Source: Alphaproteobacteria bacterium
GTDB lineage: Bacteria > Pseudomonadota > Alphaproteobacteria > UBA828
DNA length: 64,000 nucleotides
Direction: 5' to 3'
Assembly: GCA_963422645.2 (NCBI GenBank)
Contig: CAXXVO010000015.1
Span: 163,363 to 227,362, forward strand
A program made the translations under genes and the position numbers. Below the pieces are notes generated by a model. It was not told the origin of the DNA. It searched no databases and worked only from the letters and a program-made list of their open reading frames with translations. Shown here piece by piece: positions 20,387 through 31,640 of the stretch (position 1 is the stretch's first letter; each line of letters starts with the position of its first letter).

Positions 20387-21383
20387 ACGGCCGCTGTACC
20401 GGGGCGCCGATATCCGGTCTTTGCCGAAGGGCGGCAATGCCGGGCTATGGTACGACAAGTTCTGCCATTCTTGGACGAGACTATCTGCGCGAGACGCGGA
20501 CTTCGACAAGGCAAAGTGGGTCAGCGACGCCGCTGGGCGGTGCGGAAACGCGGACGAACTGCGGCACCGGGCGGAACGGCAACGGGAGCTGATCGAACGC
20601 CTGAACGGCCGCTGCCTCGATCTGCAAACGGCCGGCCCGTTCGTTGCGGGCCTTGGCCGCGCGCATCCGGTGGAGAACGGGTTTCTGTGGCATCACCGTC
20701 TCGGGGTTCCCTATCTGCCCGGCTCGTCGGTGAAGGGCGCGGTCAGCACCTGGGCCAAGCGGTGGAAAGCGGAGTGCGATGCCGATTGCTACCGTATTCT
20801 CGGGTCGGAAGAGCGGGTTGGCGACGTGATCTTCTTCGATGCCTTGCCGACGAAGCCCGTGCAAACGAGAGTCGACGTGATGACTCCGCATTACGGCGAA
20901 TATGACCGGGACGGCAAGCCGCCGGGAGATTGGATTTCGCCGGTCCCGATACCATTCCTCTCGGTCGCGGAGGGAGCCATGTTCCGTTTCGCCGTCGCGC
21001 CACGGCGGCAATCCTCGGAAGCATCGCGCGACACAGCGTGCCGATGGCTCGAAGACGCGTTGGAATGGCTGGGAGCAGGTGCCCGGACCGCCGTTGGCTA
21101 CGGACGCTTCGGCAAGGCTCGCCCGACCCCACCGCGTGAAGTCAAGAAAGGAGACGAGGTCGAGGCGGTCTTGTTCAGGGATAAGAAAGATCGCTGGTGC
21201 GGGCGTACCGGAGACGGGCAGGAAGGCACAGTGTTCTCCAGCAGCTTGGCGCCGGACGACGCCACCGTCAACGAGATCAGAACCCTTTATGTACGCGTCG
21301 TGCGACCTCTTCAATTCCAGTGGAGTAAATCCGTGCCGAAATCGCCGCCCCGGCGGTCACCGGAAAAATTCCGTCGCCGTTGA
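20379..21383 (+). CDS. cmr6: Type III-B Cmr6 with C-terminal extension
   Basis: GLGRAHPVENG, GVPYLPGSSVKG, DVMTPHY, GAGARTAVGYG. Confidence 0.93.
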   Translation: MGERPLYRGADIRSLPKGGNAGLWYDKFCHSWTRLSARDADFDKAKWVSDAAGRCGNADELRHRAERQRELIERLNGRCLDLQTAGPFVAGLGRAHPVENGFLWHHRLGVPYLPGSSVKGAVSTWAKRWKAECDADCYRILGSEERVGDVIFFDALPTKPVQTRVDVMTPHYGEYDRDGKPPGDWISPVPIPFLSVAEGAMFRFAVAPRRQSSEASRDTACRWLEDALEWLGAGARTAVGYGRFGKARPTPPREVKKGDEVEAVLFRDKKDRWCGRTGDGQEGTVFSSSLAPDDATVNEIRTLYVRVVRPLQFQWSKSVPKSPPRRSPEKFRRR

Positions 21384-21735
21384 TTTGTGACGGCGCGCCA
21401 TGCCGCAACCGCAGCCCACACATAACCTGTTGATCGCGACTGTCGGCGGCAAACCGGAACCCTTGGTCGCCTCGATCGCGCACTGGCGGCCCGACCGGGT
21501 TCTGTTTGTGCCTTCGAGCGATACTGCCGACCAGATCGCCAGTATCCGGCACCTGCTAAACAAGCAGGGGCGCAATCTGTCCGAAGGTGCATACGACACG
21601 GTTCCGCTATCGGACCCTCAAGACTTCTTGCAATGCGTGCAGGAAATGCGCTCCGAATTGGAGTCGTGTGTCCTCCAATGGCGCGGGCGCGGCGAGGGAT
21701 ATGATTGCATAGTGGATTTCACCGGCGGCACAAAA

Positions 21736-23503
21736 CAGTCATGGTCCCCGCGGTTCTGAGCCACCCCGTGGCATGAAACAGGAGCGGTTCGGCTGACGTT
21801 TTCCTTGCGCTTGCACCCATTTGCCGTGTCAGGATGGGTATTGGCGGAGGTGGGGACGTGTGAGCGTCGTTATATCGGTGACGTAGTTCCCGATGACAAA
21901 ACTGCTTCCGGCGGCCGGCTCCGCACCCCGTATTGTACCCGGCCCGTGGCCGTGGACGCGCGGCAAATTGCACCGCACCCGCTCGTCGGATGCGTGTTCT
22001 TCCGACCGCTGTCCCCGCCTCCACCGTGGCGATGCCACGGCGTGATCGTACGCCGCCGTGGCGAGAGCGCAAATGAGGAGGAAGGCGATGAAGACGGAAG
22101 GCTTGCACGTCGTCCGGCCGCGCGCGGCGGGTCTGGACGTGCACAAGATGGAGATCACCGCGACGGTTCGCCTCTGTGAGGGCGAGGGTGAGCCGGTGGT
22201 GGAGACGCGCTGCTTCGGCACGCTGCCGAGCGGTCTGGAGGAGATGGTCGCGTGGCTGACCGGTCACGGCGTCGAGGCTGCGGTGATGGAAGGGACCGGG
22301 GTCTACTGGCAGGCGCCCTTCGCGGCCCTGGAGGCGGCCGGGCTCGAGGCGATCCTGGTGCATGCGCGTCAGGTGAAGCAGTTGAAGGGGCGCAAGACCG
22401 ACGTGGCGGACAGCGTGTGGCTGGCCTGCGTGTGCCAGTTCGGGCTCTGCACGCCTTCCCACGTTCCGCCTGAGCCGTTCCGGGAGCTGCGCGCACTGAG
22501 CCGCCAGCGCCGCGTCCTGGTCAGGCAGCGCTCCGCCGTGCGCAACCGCGTGCAGAAGATCATCGACCGCGCCGGTGCGCGCATCGGCGGCATCCTCTCC
22601 GACGTCTTCGGCGTCAACGGCCGGAAGATCCTCGACGGCCTGGCGCAGGGGACGGCGCGCGAGGTCATCCTCGCCTCGCTCACCAGCCACGTTGCGAACA
22701 AGCTGGAGGGGCTCGGCGAGGCGCTCACCCTGAGCCTGGGCGACAACGACCGCTTCATGCTCAACGACCTGCTGGAGGAGCATGACGCGCTTGAGGCGCG
22801 CATCGCGTCCTACACCAGGAAGATCGACGGGCAGATGACACCGTGGGAGGAGCAGCTCCGTCTGCTGACCACCATCCCCGGCATCGACCGCACCGCCGCC
22901 TCGACCATCCTCATCGAGATCGGCCCCGACATCGGCGTGTTCGCCTCCAAGGAGCACTTCGCCGCCTGGGCCGGGCTCTGCCCCGGCAACAACGAGAGCG
23001 GGGGCAAGCGCCGCAACGCACGCACCCGCATGGGCTCCAAGACCCTGCGCGCCTGCCTCGTCGAGTGTGCCCACGGCGCGGCCCGAACCAAGGGGTGCCA
23101 GTTCGAGGCTCATCACCGCGCCCTCGCCGCCCGGCGCGGCTACAAGCGCGCCATCGTCGCCGGCGCTCACAAGATGCTGCGCATCATCTATGTGGTGCTC
23201 AAGACCGGCAGGCCCTACTACGACCGCACGGCCGACTACGACGCTCTGATGGTCAAGCGCAACGCTCCTCGGTGGATCCGCATGCTCCGCCGCTACGGCT
23301 ACATCGAGCCCGTAGGCGCGGAACTCAAGGCCGCCTGAGCGGCCCGCATCTCGTCAGCCGGCTACGCGGGACCGCTTCGGACCACATCGGGGAAGTCCAC
23401 CGCTCGTCTCCGCCGCGCCGACCCTGGCGGTCTCAGCCAACGCCGTGACCTCGGGGTTGGAGCGTCACCGCGCGTCCCTCGCCAGAATCTGTTTCACGGC
23501 AAA
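21736..23503 (+). mobile_element. IS110-family element (copy A)
   Basis: AAA repeated at both junctions; short subterminal IR TGAAACAG (21774)/CTGTTTCA (23489); ~350-bp non-coding left end. Confidence 0.88.
22088..23338 (+). CDS. IS110 DEDD recombinase
   Basis: GLDVHK, MEGTG, KTDVAD, TIPGI, NESGG. Confidence 0.95.
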   Translation: MKTEGLHVVRPRAAGLDVHKMEITATVRLCEGEGEPVVETRCFGTLPSGLEEMVAWLTGHGVEAAVMEGTGVYWQAPFAALEAAGLEAILVHARQVKQLKGRKTDVADSVWLACVCQFGLCTPSHVPPEPFRELRALSRQRRVLVRQRSAVRNRVQKIIDRAGARIGGILSDVFGVNGRKILDGLAQGTAREVILASLTSHVANKLEGLGEALTLSLGDNDRFMLNDLLEEHDALEARIASYTRKIDGQMTPWEEQLRLLTTIPGIDRTAASTILIEIGPDIGVFASKEHFAAWAGLCPGNNESGGKRRNARTRMGSKTLRACLVECAHGAARTKGCQFEAHHRALAARRGYKRAIVAGAHKMLRIIYVVLKTGRPYYDRTADYDALMVKRNAPRWIRMLRRYGYIEPVGAELKAA

Positions 23504-24738
23504 TGCATGAGTGCCGCGCTCGCCTTGGTCGCCCGACCGTGGCTGAACTCCCGGTTCTCGTATGTCGGTGGTGCCGAACGCGACCGGAACAATGTCGGCA
23601 TCGTGGTCTCCGGCAGCGAGCGGGTCGTACACGCAGCCAATCCGTGGGACGCGCTCGGTTATCAGGCGGTCGAGGATGCCGTGGCGGCATTTGACAGATA
23701 CGCTTTCGGCGAAGGCGCTCAACTGCTTCGGGACGCCTTGAAGAGGATTTCGGATGACGGATCCCGCAAGAGCGAACTTAACGCTCTTGCCACGTTCATG
23801 GATGCTTACGATCTCTGGAGTCGGTCGGAGTACGGGAAGGCTTTTGAGAAATTTGAGCAGTGCGAAAAGCGCCTGAATGATCTGGCGGCCGCCCTCCACC
23901 CGAACCCCAGGAATCGACTGAAAGATCACATCAATGAGGCAAGAACCCGCTTGGAAGGCCTGAAGCGAGGTTTCGACCATCCGACGCGGGCATTGCTTGA
24001 AGACCTGATCTCCGATGCCAAACGGCGTCAGCAGGAAGGCCGTCACGTAGATGCCTTGGCCCGGCTCTACCGCGCGGTCGAGGCGACGGCCCAACTGCGC
24101 TTGTGGGAAAAGTACGAGATCCGCACTTCCAGCGTACCATTGGAAAAGCTGCCGCAACCCATGCGCGAACGCTTGAAAGCTCAAGCTGAAGACGGGACAG
24201 TGAAGCTTGCACTGCAGGCTTCCTTCGAGTTGTTACGATGTTGGCAGGATCCTTTGGGTGAACGCTTCGCAGAACTGGGCTGGCATGGTCGTGGTTCGCC
24301 GCTGATCCGGCGCAACGAGTCGATCGCGGGGCACGGTTTTGCACCCGTATCGCCGGAAACATCCGTCCAGCTGTGGGAAGGAGCGCTGTCGCTGGCGGAA
24401 TTGGCCGATAAAGACGTCTTCCGGTTTCCACAGCTTGGTCGATGAGCGCGCTTCGCAATCGGCCTTACCAAGGGGCGCCTGCTCGCCGTCGCCGAGACCA
24501 TGCGCAATCTGGCCAGGAAACCGGGGCGGGTTCTCGGCTTCCCGAAAATTACCGACGATGTTGCCCCGCGGCCAGCACCCGGCTGACTGCCCCCTCCGAG
24601 CCGCGTCCATCGCCAACCCTCGGCACGCAGGGAGCGAGCCCTTATGCTCAGATGAGGCCGTGCTCGGCACTCGCGTCCAAGGGGGACCCTCTGGGGCGGC
24701 ACGATGCCGGCTAAATCCAGCGCACAGCCGCTGCAAGG

Positions 24739-25140
24739 ATGCCTACCGACGATGAGTGGGCGTTGATCGAACCCCACATGCCCGAGGTGCAATCTCTGGG
24801 CCGGCCGCGGACGACGGACTTGCGGGAGGTGGTGAACGCCATCCTGTATGTCCTGCGCTCGGGCTGCCCCTGGCGGTTGATGCCCAAGGATTTTCCGCCG
24901 CGTTCGACGGCGCTATTTCGCCGCGTGGCGGGACGAGGGGCTGTGGGCTGGGATCAACCACGCCTTGCTGACAGCGGCGAGGGAGGCGGAGGGTCGTGAG
25001 GCCGCTCCGTCCGCCGGCGTCATCGACAGCCAGTCGGTGAAGAGCACGGAAAGCGGTGGTCCACGGGGCTTTGACGCTGGCAAGAAGGTGAAGGGCCGCA
25101 AGCGCCATATCGTACCGACACCGGCGGCCTGCTGCTCGCC
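24739..25140 (+). pseudogene. IS5-family (IS1031-like) transposase, 5' part, frameshifted and split by IS21 copy B
   Basis: [10 protein letters not shown]...GRPR...[13 protein letters not shown]; IDSQSVK...GFDAGKKVKGRKRHI. Confidence 0.85.
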
Positions 25141-26137
25141 TGCAAGATCTGGCCGCATTTGACCGCAGTTCTGATTTTATCTGACCGCCATTCTGATTTT
25201 ATTTGACCGAAGTTCTGGCGACATCTGACCGCGATTCCGGCGGCACTTGACCGTCGGAGGTCGGGTCCGAGGCCCGGCCTGATCACCCTGCGGGCGCCAC
25301 CCACATCCATGTTCCCGGGCGCGCCGATCCTCTCCCGGCTCAGCCTCATCGATTCATCGATCGACTCGAGGAGGCAGGGCCCCAATGAAGAGGATCGACA
25401 CCATGAGCATCAGGGACATCCTTCGGCACCATCACGACCTGGGCTTGCCCCGGGCGGAGATCGCGGTGGCCGTGAGCGTGAGCGCGGGGACGGTATCGAA
25501 CGTTCTGGAGCGCGCACAGGCGGCGGGTCTGTCATGGCCATTGCCGTCCGATCTCGACGATGACGGGCTGCGCGCGCGCCTGTATCCGCCGGCGCCGCGA
25601 GAGAGCGGGTATGCGCAGCCGGACTGGGATGGTGTGCTCCGTGAGCTTCGAGCCAGGCGGAAGCGGCGCCGGGTGCACGCGACGCGCCGCACGCTTTGGG
25701 AGGCGTACCGCGACGAGACCAGGGCCCGGGGTGGGAAGGCGTACAGCTATAGCCAGTTCTGCGCGCGCCTGAAGGCGCACCAGGGCAGCTGCGGCGGCTC
25801 GGCGCAGATGCACTTCGACTGCGAGCCCGGGCTGTACGGGATGGCGGACTTCTCCGGCAAGACGCTGGCCCTTCGCACCGGGCGCGGCGAGACCGACGTG
25901 GAGATCTTCGTCGCGGTCCTTGCGCATTTGAACCTTCCGTAATGGGGCAGTTGATGTCAAACACAGATATTCACGATCTTCCGGCTTGGCACGGTCTCTT
26001 GAACATGAAGAACCATCGCCTGCGGCCGATCGTCGTCCCAGGCATGGTCAACATAGGTGGTTACCTTGGCAAAAGCTGCTAACTGACTCGCCCGGCGCGG
26101 CACAGAGAAGGAACTACGATCCCGGATGTGTCCGCCG

Positions 26138-26287
26138 CCAGGCTCTCGCTTCCGTCCGTGGTCGGCGCAGCGGCCGCCAACGTCATGCCTGGTCCAAGAC
26201 GATTCCCGAGTGCCGATCTGATCTACGTGCTCGACCGCAACAGGGCGGTTCGGCGAACAGGGTTCAAAACGCGCATCTTCGGGAACC
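26138..26287 (-). ncRNA. Predicted bridge/seek RNA core of the IS1111-type element (limits approximate)
   Basis: Stem (TTCCCGA 26203/TCGGGAA 26279) enclosing GATCTGATCTACG and GGTTCAAA, which match the two flanks of the insertion site on opposite strands. Confidence 0.7.
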
Positions 26288-26379
26288 GCGTCCCGGCGAG
26301 GGGACACCGGTGGATCGCCACCTTCAGGCGCGACTCTTTCCTCCTCTCCTAATTGACTGTCGGTGGGATGCAGCCGCGC

Positions 26380-27423
26380 CTATGCCGTCTGCAGCGCCAT
26401 CGCCTCCTCGCGCGTAAACCGGAACCCGGCGCCGTCCCGCCACATCCGATGGAGCACCACGCCGATGCGCCGGGCCAAGGCAACCGTTGCACGCTTCTTG
26501 CCCCGGAGCTTCGTCAGACGCTGCGCCCAGGCCTTCAACCAGTTCGGGCCGGTGGTGCGGTTCAGCATCACCGTGGCAGCCTGATAGAGCGCCGAGCGCA
26601 GACCTGCGTCGCCACACTTCGTGATGGCGCCGACGATATCTCGCTCGCCGGATTGGGCCCGTCCCGGCGTCAGCCCCACCCAGGGGCCGACATCCTTCGA
26701 TCTTCGGAAGCGCCCGGGATCGTCGATCGCGGACATGAAGGTCAGCGCTATGACGTGGCCGACGCCGGGCATGGTCATGAGCAGCCGGCACACCGGATCT
26801 TCCCTGGCCAGATTACGGACCAGCTTCTCCAGGCCGGCCAGCTCGCGGCGCAGAGCCGCCCGCGCGCGCAAGATCGGTTCGGCCGCGGCTTCCAGCATCG
26901 CGTTGCCGGCGATCAATTCCCGGACGCGGGCCTCGTAGCGGCCCTTGGAGACCTGGCCCAGCTTCAGGCCGAAGTTGCGCAACACGCCGCGCAGTGACAG
27001 CTCCATATTGGTGAGCGCGTTCAGCACCGACTTGCGCGAGGTCAGCAGCGCGCGCATCTCCTGCGATGACACCGACTTGCAGTGCACCGGCCGGAACCAG
27101 CCCATCTGCAGCAGCCGTGCGATGCCCTCCGCATCCCGGCGATCCGTCTTGATCGGCATCGCCTTCAGCGCGGCCTTCACCCGCCGGGTCTCCATCAGCA
27201 CGGCCTCGAAGCCGGCGCCGGTCAGACCCTTGTGCAACCAGTGGGACAAGGGACCGGCCTCAAGACCGATCGCGGCGATCTCGTGCTCCAGCTTGCCCAT
27301 GAACGCAACGAGTGCTTCAGGCGTGCTGGCTACCTGCGCCTCGGTAACGATCTTCCCCTTCTCGCCGATGACGCAGATTGACGTGCTTGCCAGCGATACA
27401 TCCAGCCCGATATAGACGTTCAT
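26380..27423 (-). CDS. IS110 DEDD recombinase
   Basis: MNVYIGLDVS, LEAG, KTDRRDA, MPGVG, QSGE. Confidence 0.95.
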   Translation of the reverse strand: MNVYIGLDVSLASTSICVIGEKGKIVTEAQVASTPEALVAFMGKLEHEIAAIGLEAGPLSHWLHKGLTGAGFEAVLMETRRVKAALKAMPIKTDRRDAEGIARLLQMGWFRPVHCKSVSSQEMRALLTSRKSVLNALTNMELSLRGVLRNFGLKLGQVSKGRYEARVRELIAGNAMLEAAAEPILRARAALRRELAGLEKLVRNLAREDPVCRLLMTMPGVGHVIALTFMSAIDDPGRFRRSKDVGPWVGLTPGRAQSGERDIVGAITKCGDAGLRSALYQAATVMLNRTTGPNWLKAWAQRLTKLRGKKRATVALARRIGVVLHRMWRDGAGFRFTREEAMALQTA

Positions 27424-28624
27424 GTCGTTGCCCTTTCCTTCGAGGAATTGGGGCGCGCCTTGCGGCAAGACCCCGTGAACACGCTGAGCGTGTAAGGGCA
27501 ACGACACCCGATTCGCTACCATCGCGACAGGCTTCAACGGTGCCGATTGGTGCCGAGCCCCATTACGGCATCTGATCTGATCTGATCTACGCCGAGGCGG
27601 TCCCCGACCAGACGGTGCGCCACTGGACGATGGCCCACCGGCGCGCGCTCGGGTACTTCGGCGGCACCCCCCGCCGGTGGATCATCGACAACCTCAGGTC
27701 AGGCGTGGACGATCCCGACCGCGACGATATCCGGCTCAATCCGAGCTTCCGGGAGTTCGCGCTCCATTACGGGATCGCAGTGCTGCCTGCGCGCAAGTAC
27801 CGGGCCACCGACAAGGGGCTGGTCGAGAGCTGCGTCAAGGCCGTCCAGACGCGCCTCCTGCTGGCGCTGCGCCACCAGACCTTCTTCTCCCTCGACACCA
27901 TGAACGCGGCCATCCGCCGCGAGCTCGATCGCCTCAACGATGCCCCCATGGCCAAGTGCGGCGAGAGCCGCCGCGCGCTCTTCGAGGCGAACGAGCGGAC
28001 GGCCCTGGCCGCGCTGCCGGCTCACGCCCGGGAGTGGGGAGAGTGGGTCGAGCGCAAGGTCGGGCCGAACTGTCACGTCCGCTTCGAGCGAAACCACTAC
28101 TCCGCGCCGGAGCGCTACATCGGCCGCCAGGTCGACGTCCGCGCCGGCGAACGCATGGTCGAGGTGTTCCTCGAACGCGGCGGCGAGCGCATCGCCGTTC
28201 ACCGCCGCAAGGCCGGGCGCAACCAGTACGCCACCACCCCCGAGCACATGCCGGAGAACCACCGGGCGGTCTGCGATATCCGCCGCCCCGATTACGGCGA
28301 CATCCTGCTCGGCCAGGCGCGCCGTATCGGAGCCAATGCCCTGGCCTGGGCCGAGCGGTGCTACGCCTCGCGCGACTTCCCCGAGCAGGCCTTCGCCACC
28401 GTGCAGGGCATGATCCGCCTCGCCGACGATCATGGCGGCGATCGCCTCGACGCGCTCTGCGCCGAGGCCCTCGACCTCAACCGCCTCGCGTCTGGCTTCC
28501 TCAGGGAGAGGATCAAGAACGGCGGCGAGCCCGGTCGGCCGCGCCCCGAGCACGACGAGACCATCCCCAGCCACGGCAACATCCGCGGTGGCGACTACTA
28601 CGGCAACAACGGAGGAGCGACACC

Positions 28625-29398
28625 ATGACCCTGCGACAATCCAACATCGACCGCCTGCTGCAGCTCGGCCTCAGCGGCATGGCCGAGGCCCTGGAGGAGC
28701 AGCGCGACATCGCCGACGTCGACCAGCTCGGCTTCGACGACCGCCTCGCCTTGATGATCGAGCGCGAGGCCGGGCACCGCGATCACAAGAGCTATCCCGG
28801 CCATCTGCGCCAGGCCCGGTTGCGCATCCGCGCCGACGTCCAGGACGTCGACTGCCGCGCAGGGCGTGGCATCGCCCGGACAACGCTCACCCAGCTCGCC
28901 GCCGGCGACTGGATCCGCCAGGGCCACAATCTGATGCTGGGCGGGCCAACGGGATCCGGAAAGACGTTCGTCGCTTGCGCGCTCGCCCGTCAGGCCTGCC
29001 GCCAGCACCAGTCCGTCCTCTATCGCCGCGTCCCCGAGTTGGTCGCTGCCCTCACCCGCGCCCGCGACAAAGGCACGCTCGAGCGCCTGATGGGCCGCCT
29101 GGGCAGGGTCTCTCTGCTGGTCCTCGACGACTGGGGGCTGCAGGGCTTCTCCGCCGAGGGCCGGCGCGACCTGCCGGAGATCGTGGAGGCGCGCCACGGA
29201 CGCAAGTCCATCCTCGTCGCCAGTCAGATCCCCGTGGAGCGCTGGCCAGAGGTGATCGGGGAGCCGACGGTCGCGGATGCGGTCCTCGACCGCATCGTCC
29301 ACAACGCCTGTCGCATCGAGCTCAAGGGAGAGTCCCGGCGCAAGCGCAACAAGCCGCCGCCACTCGACGGCGGCGACGGCAACAGAGCCCCGGCCTGA
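28625..29398 (+). CDS. istB: IS21 helper ATPase
   Basis: GPTGSGKT, LDDWG, ADAVLDRIVHNA. Confidence 0.92.
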   Translation: MTLRQSNIDRLLQLGLSGMAEALEEQRDIADVDQLGFDDRLALMIEREAGHRDHKSYPGHLRQARLRIRADVQDVDCRAGRGIARTTLTQLAAGDWIRQGHNLMLGGPTGSGKTFVACALARQACRQHQSVLYRRVPELVAALTRARDKGTLERLMGRLGRVSLLVLDDWGLQGFSAEGRRDLPEIVEARHGRKSILVASQIPVERWPEVIGEPTVADAVLDRIVHNACRIELKGESRRKRNKPPPLDGGDGNRAPA

Positions 29399-29701
29399 AG
29401 GCCGGGGTCCATGGGCGCCTGCGGCGCCTTCCAGGTTGCAAGGGCGGAGGTGCGCGGCGGCATGCTGTGTGTGAGAGCTTGCCGCCGCGCCCCGCCGGCC
29501 CTTTGCATGCCCAAGAGGCCTCGCATACGCTCGGCTTGGGCTGGCCAAAGGCCAGCCCCCCGACATCGCCAAGGGGAGGGTCCCACCGCCAAATCCGGGA
29601 GAGACAGCGCGCAGGCGCGCGCCCGCAGCACGGTCAAGTGTTGCCAGAACCCCGGTCAGATAAAATCAGAACCGGCGGTCAAATGAACCGGAATCCGCAA
29701 A

Positions 29702-30090
29702 CGCCGCCCGGGTCCACGCCGCCGACATTCAGGACCGTGACGGCGCGCCCGGCGTGTTCGCCGCCATCCACCATGCTTTTCCATCTCTGCGCCATGTCTT
29801 CGCCGACGGCGCTTATGCCGGCCCCAAGCTGGAGGCGGAACTGAAGCGGATCGGTCGCTGGACGCTGGAAATCGTCAAACGCTCCGACGGCGCACAAGGG
29901 TTCGAGCTTCTGCCCCGCCGCTGGGTTGTCGAGCGCACGTTGGCCTGGCTGAACCGCAATCGAAGGCTGGCCAAAGACTTCGAGGCAACAATCGCCACCG
30001 CCCAGGCTTGGCTCTTCATTGCCAGCGTTCAACTCCTCGCCCGGCGACTCGCAAGAGATTGAAAAACAACGATTCATTTTGGGCCAGACT
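29702..30090 (+). pseudogene. IS5-family transposase, 3' part and right end
   Basis: ARVHAADIQDRDGA...FADGAYAG...RRWVVERTLAWLNRNRRLAKDFE. Confidence 0.85.
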
Positions 30091-30603
30091 CTGAGCGGCG
30101 CACCCATGACTACAAGCGCAACGGCACGACCTCGCTCTTCGCCGCCCTCGACGTTGCCACCGGCTCGGTCATCGGCAAGTGCTGTCGCCGCCACCGGGCC
30201 AGAGAGTTCCCCGACTTCCTGAAGGTGATCGACCGCAATGTCCCGGACGGGCTGGACATCCACATCGTCATGGACAACTACGCCACCCACAAGACGGCGG
30301 GGGTCAAGGCTTGGCTGGCGCGGCGGCCGCACTGGCACGTCCACTTCACACCGACATCGGCCTCGTGGCTCAATCAGGTCGAGCGCTGGTTCGCCGAGCT
30401 CACGCGCAAGCAGCTGCAACGCGGGGTGCACCGCTCTACCCTCCAGCTCGAGGCCGACATCCGCGCCTTCATCGAAACCCACAACGAAGACCCCAAGCCC
30501 TTCAAGTGGACCAGGTCCGCCGACGAAATCCTCGCCGCCGTCAAGCGCTTCTGCCTGCGGGTCGAACAAAACTTATGCCACGAACTTTAGATTCAGGTGA
30601 CTA
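30091..30603 (+). pseudogene. IS630-family transposase, C-terminal fragment and right end
   Basis: [19 protein letters not shown]...MDNYATHK...[16 protein letters not shown]; ends at a TA. Confidence 0.88.
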
Positions 30604-31640
30604 GAAACTCCTGATGGCGATGACGCCGGGAGCACCTCCGGCGGGCTTCAATGAGGCCGGGGCGACAAAGCCCCGGAATTTCAGACTTCCTGACCTCTTA
30701 GCGTTTGCAGTTTCGGTTGGCGTGGCACGAACCCCTTGAATTCCGCCAGGTTTCGGCTTTCTCGGGCCGTTTCTCAGTGGCCGTCGCGCCCCAGGTCTGG
30801 TATTATAATATGACACTTCATACGCGGTCTCAGCCATGCCCGTCACCCTCCCAATCTGCCCTCCAGAGGCGGTTCCGATCGGCAACAGTTGCTTCGCCGT
30901 CCTGATCTCGGACGACACCCTCACCTACTTCTCCAATCTCGTTCCCTTTGACAGCCACGCCGCCGATGACCGCGCCGCCATGCTCTTGCGGATCGGCCGC
31001 CTCGCGGTAGTCAGCGCGATCTCGCCGCAGGATCTGGCCGACGCTTTCGGTGTCTCGCGGGCGACCGTGCAGCGCGCACGGCGGCGCTACCTGGCCGAGG
31101 GTGAAGCGGCATTTTTGAAACCGCGTCGCGGCCGCGGGCCTTCGGTGTTCACGCCGGAGTTGGCCGAGAAGGCGACAGCGTTGCTGGAAACGGGCACGAG
31201 CGGCTCTGCGGTTGCCCGGGTTCTCGGCGTGTCGGTGGGGTCGGTCAACAAGTGGCGCCGGCAGGGGCTGATCGGCGGGCCGACGAGCGCGCGGGAGCCT
31301 GGCGGCTCGGCGGCGGGTGCGCCATGCGAGGCGCGTGGCGATGAAATGGCTGGCGATGCAGCCGGGCCTGAGACGACCGAAGCGTGGCGCTCTGCGGGAG
31401 CGCCGCAGGCCTGCGGGCCAGGTCCGTTCGAGGCCGGGACGCAGACGGACCGCAGCGCGCGCGACCGTCGGGACCGGCGAGCGCCGATGGGGCGAGCGAC
31501 CTGCGATGTCCCGGCTCGCGTGCTGGCCAGTTGCGGACAGGCGGGGCCGGTCGAGCCGCAGTTCACCGACGCTGCCCGGGGCGTGCGTGCGGGCGGCGCT
31601 CTCGCCGCCCTGCCGGCCCTGCTCAAGGAAGGGCTGCTAG

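Larger units (their letters stand above)
21400..24445 (+). pseudogene. CARF-HEPN type III effector (TIGR02710/Csm6-like), interrupted by IS110
   Basis: 21400-21735 + 23504-24445 rejoin as DFTGGTK-CMSAAL (CARF motif), 425 aa; HEPN-like RNESIAGHG. Confidence 0.88.
25936..27575 (-). mobile_element. IS110-family, IS1111-type element (copy B)
   Basis: 12-bp subterminal IR CCGTAATGGGGC (25937)/GCCCCATTACGG (27557); CT core; ~440-bp non-coding region downstream of the recombinase. Confidence 0.9.
25385..28628 (+). pseudogene. istA: IS21 transposase interrupted by IS110
   Basis: FVAVLAHLN|LIYAEAVPDQT rejoined across 25935/27584; DNLRSGV, DKGLVE. Confidence 0.88.
25141..29699 (+). mobile_element. 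IS21-family element (copy B) containing a nested IS1111-type element
   Basis: Terminal TGC...CATTTGACCGC..TTCTGATTTTATCTGACC inverted at both ends; CGCC repeated in the flanks. Confidence 0.88.

Noticed and set aside
24446-24738. Possible cas6 remnant or extra effector after the CARF gene
   Set aside because: No convincing ORF or glycine-rich loop motif seen.
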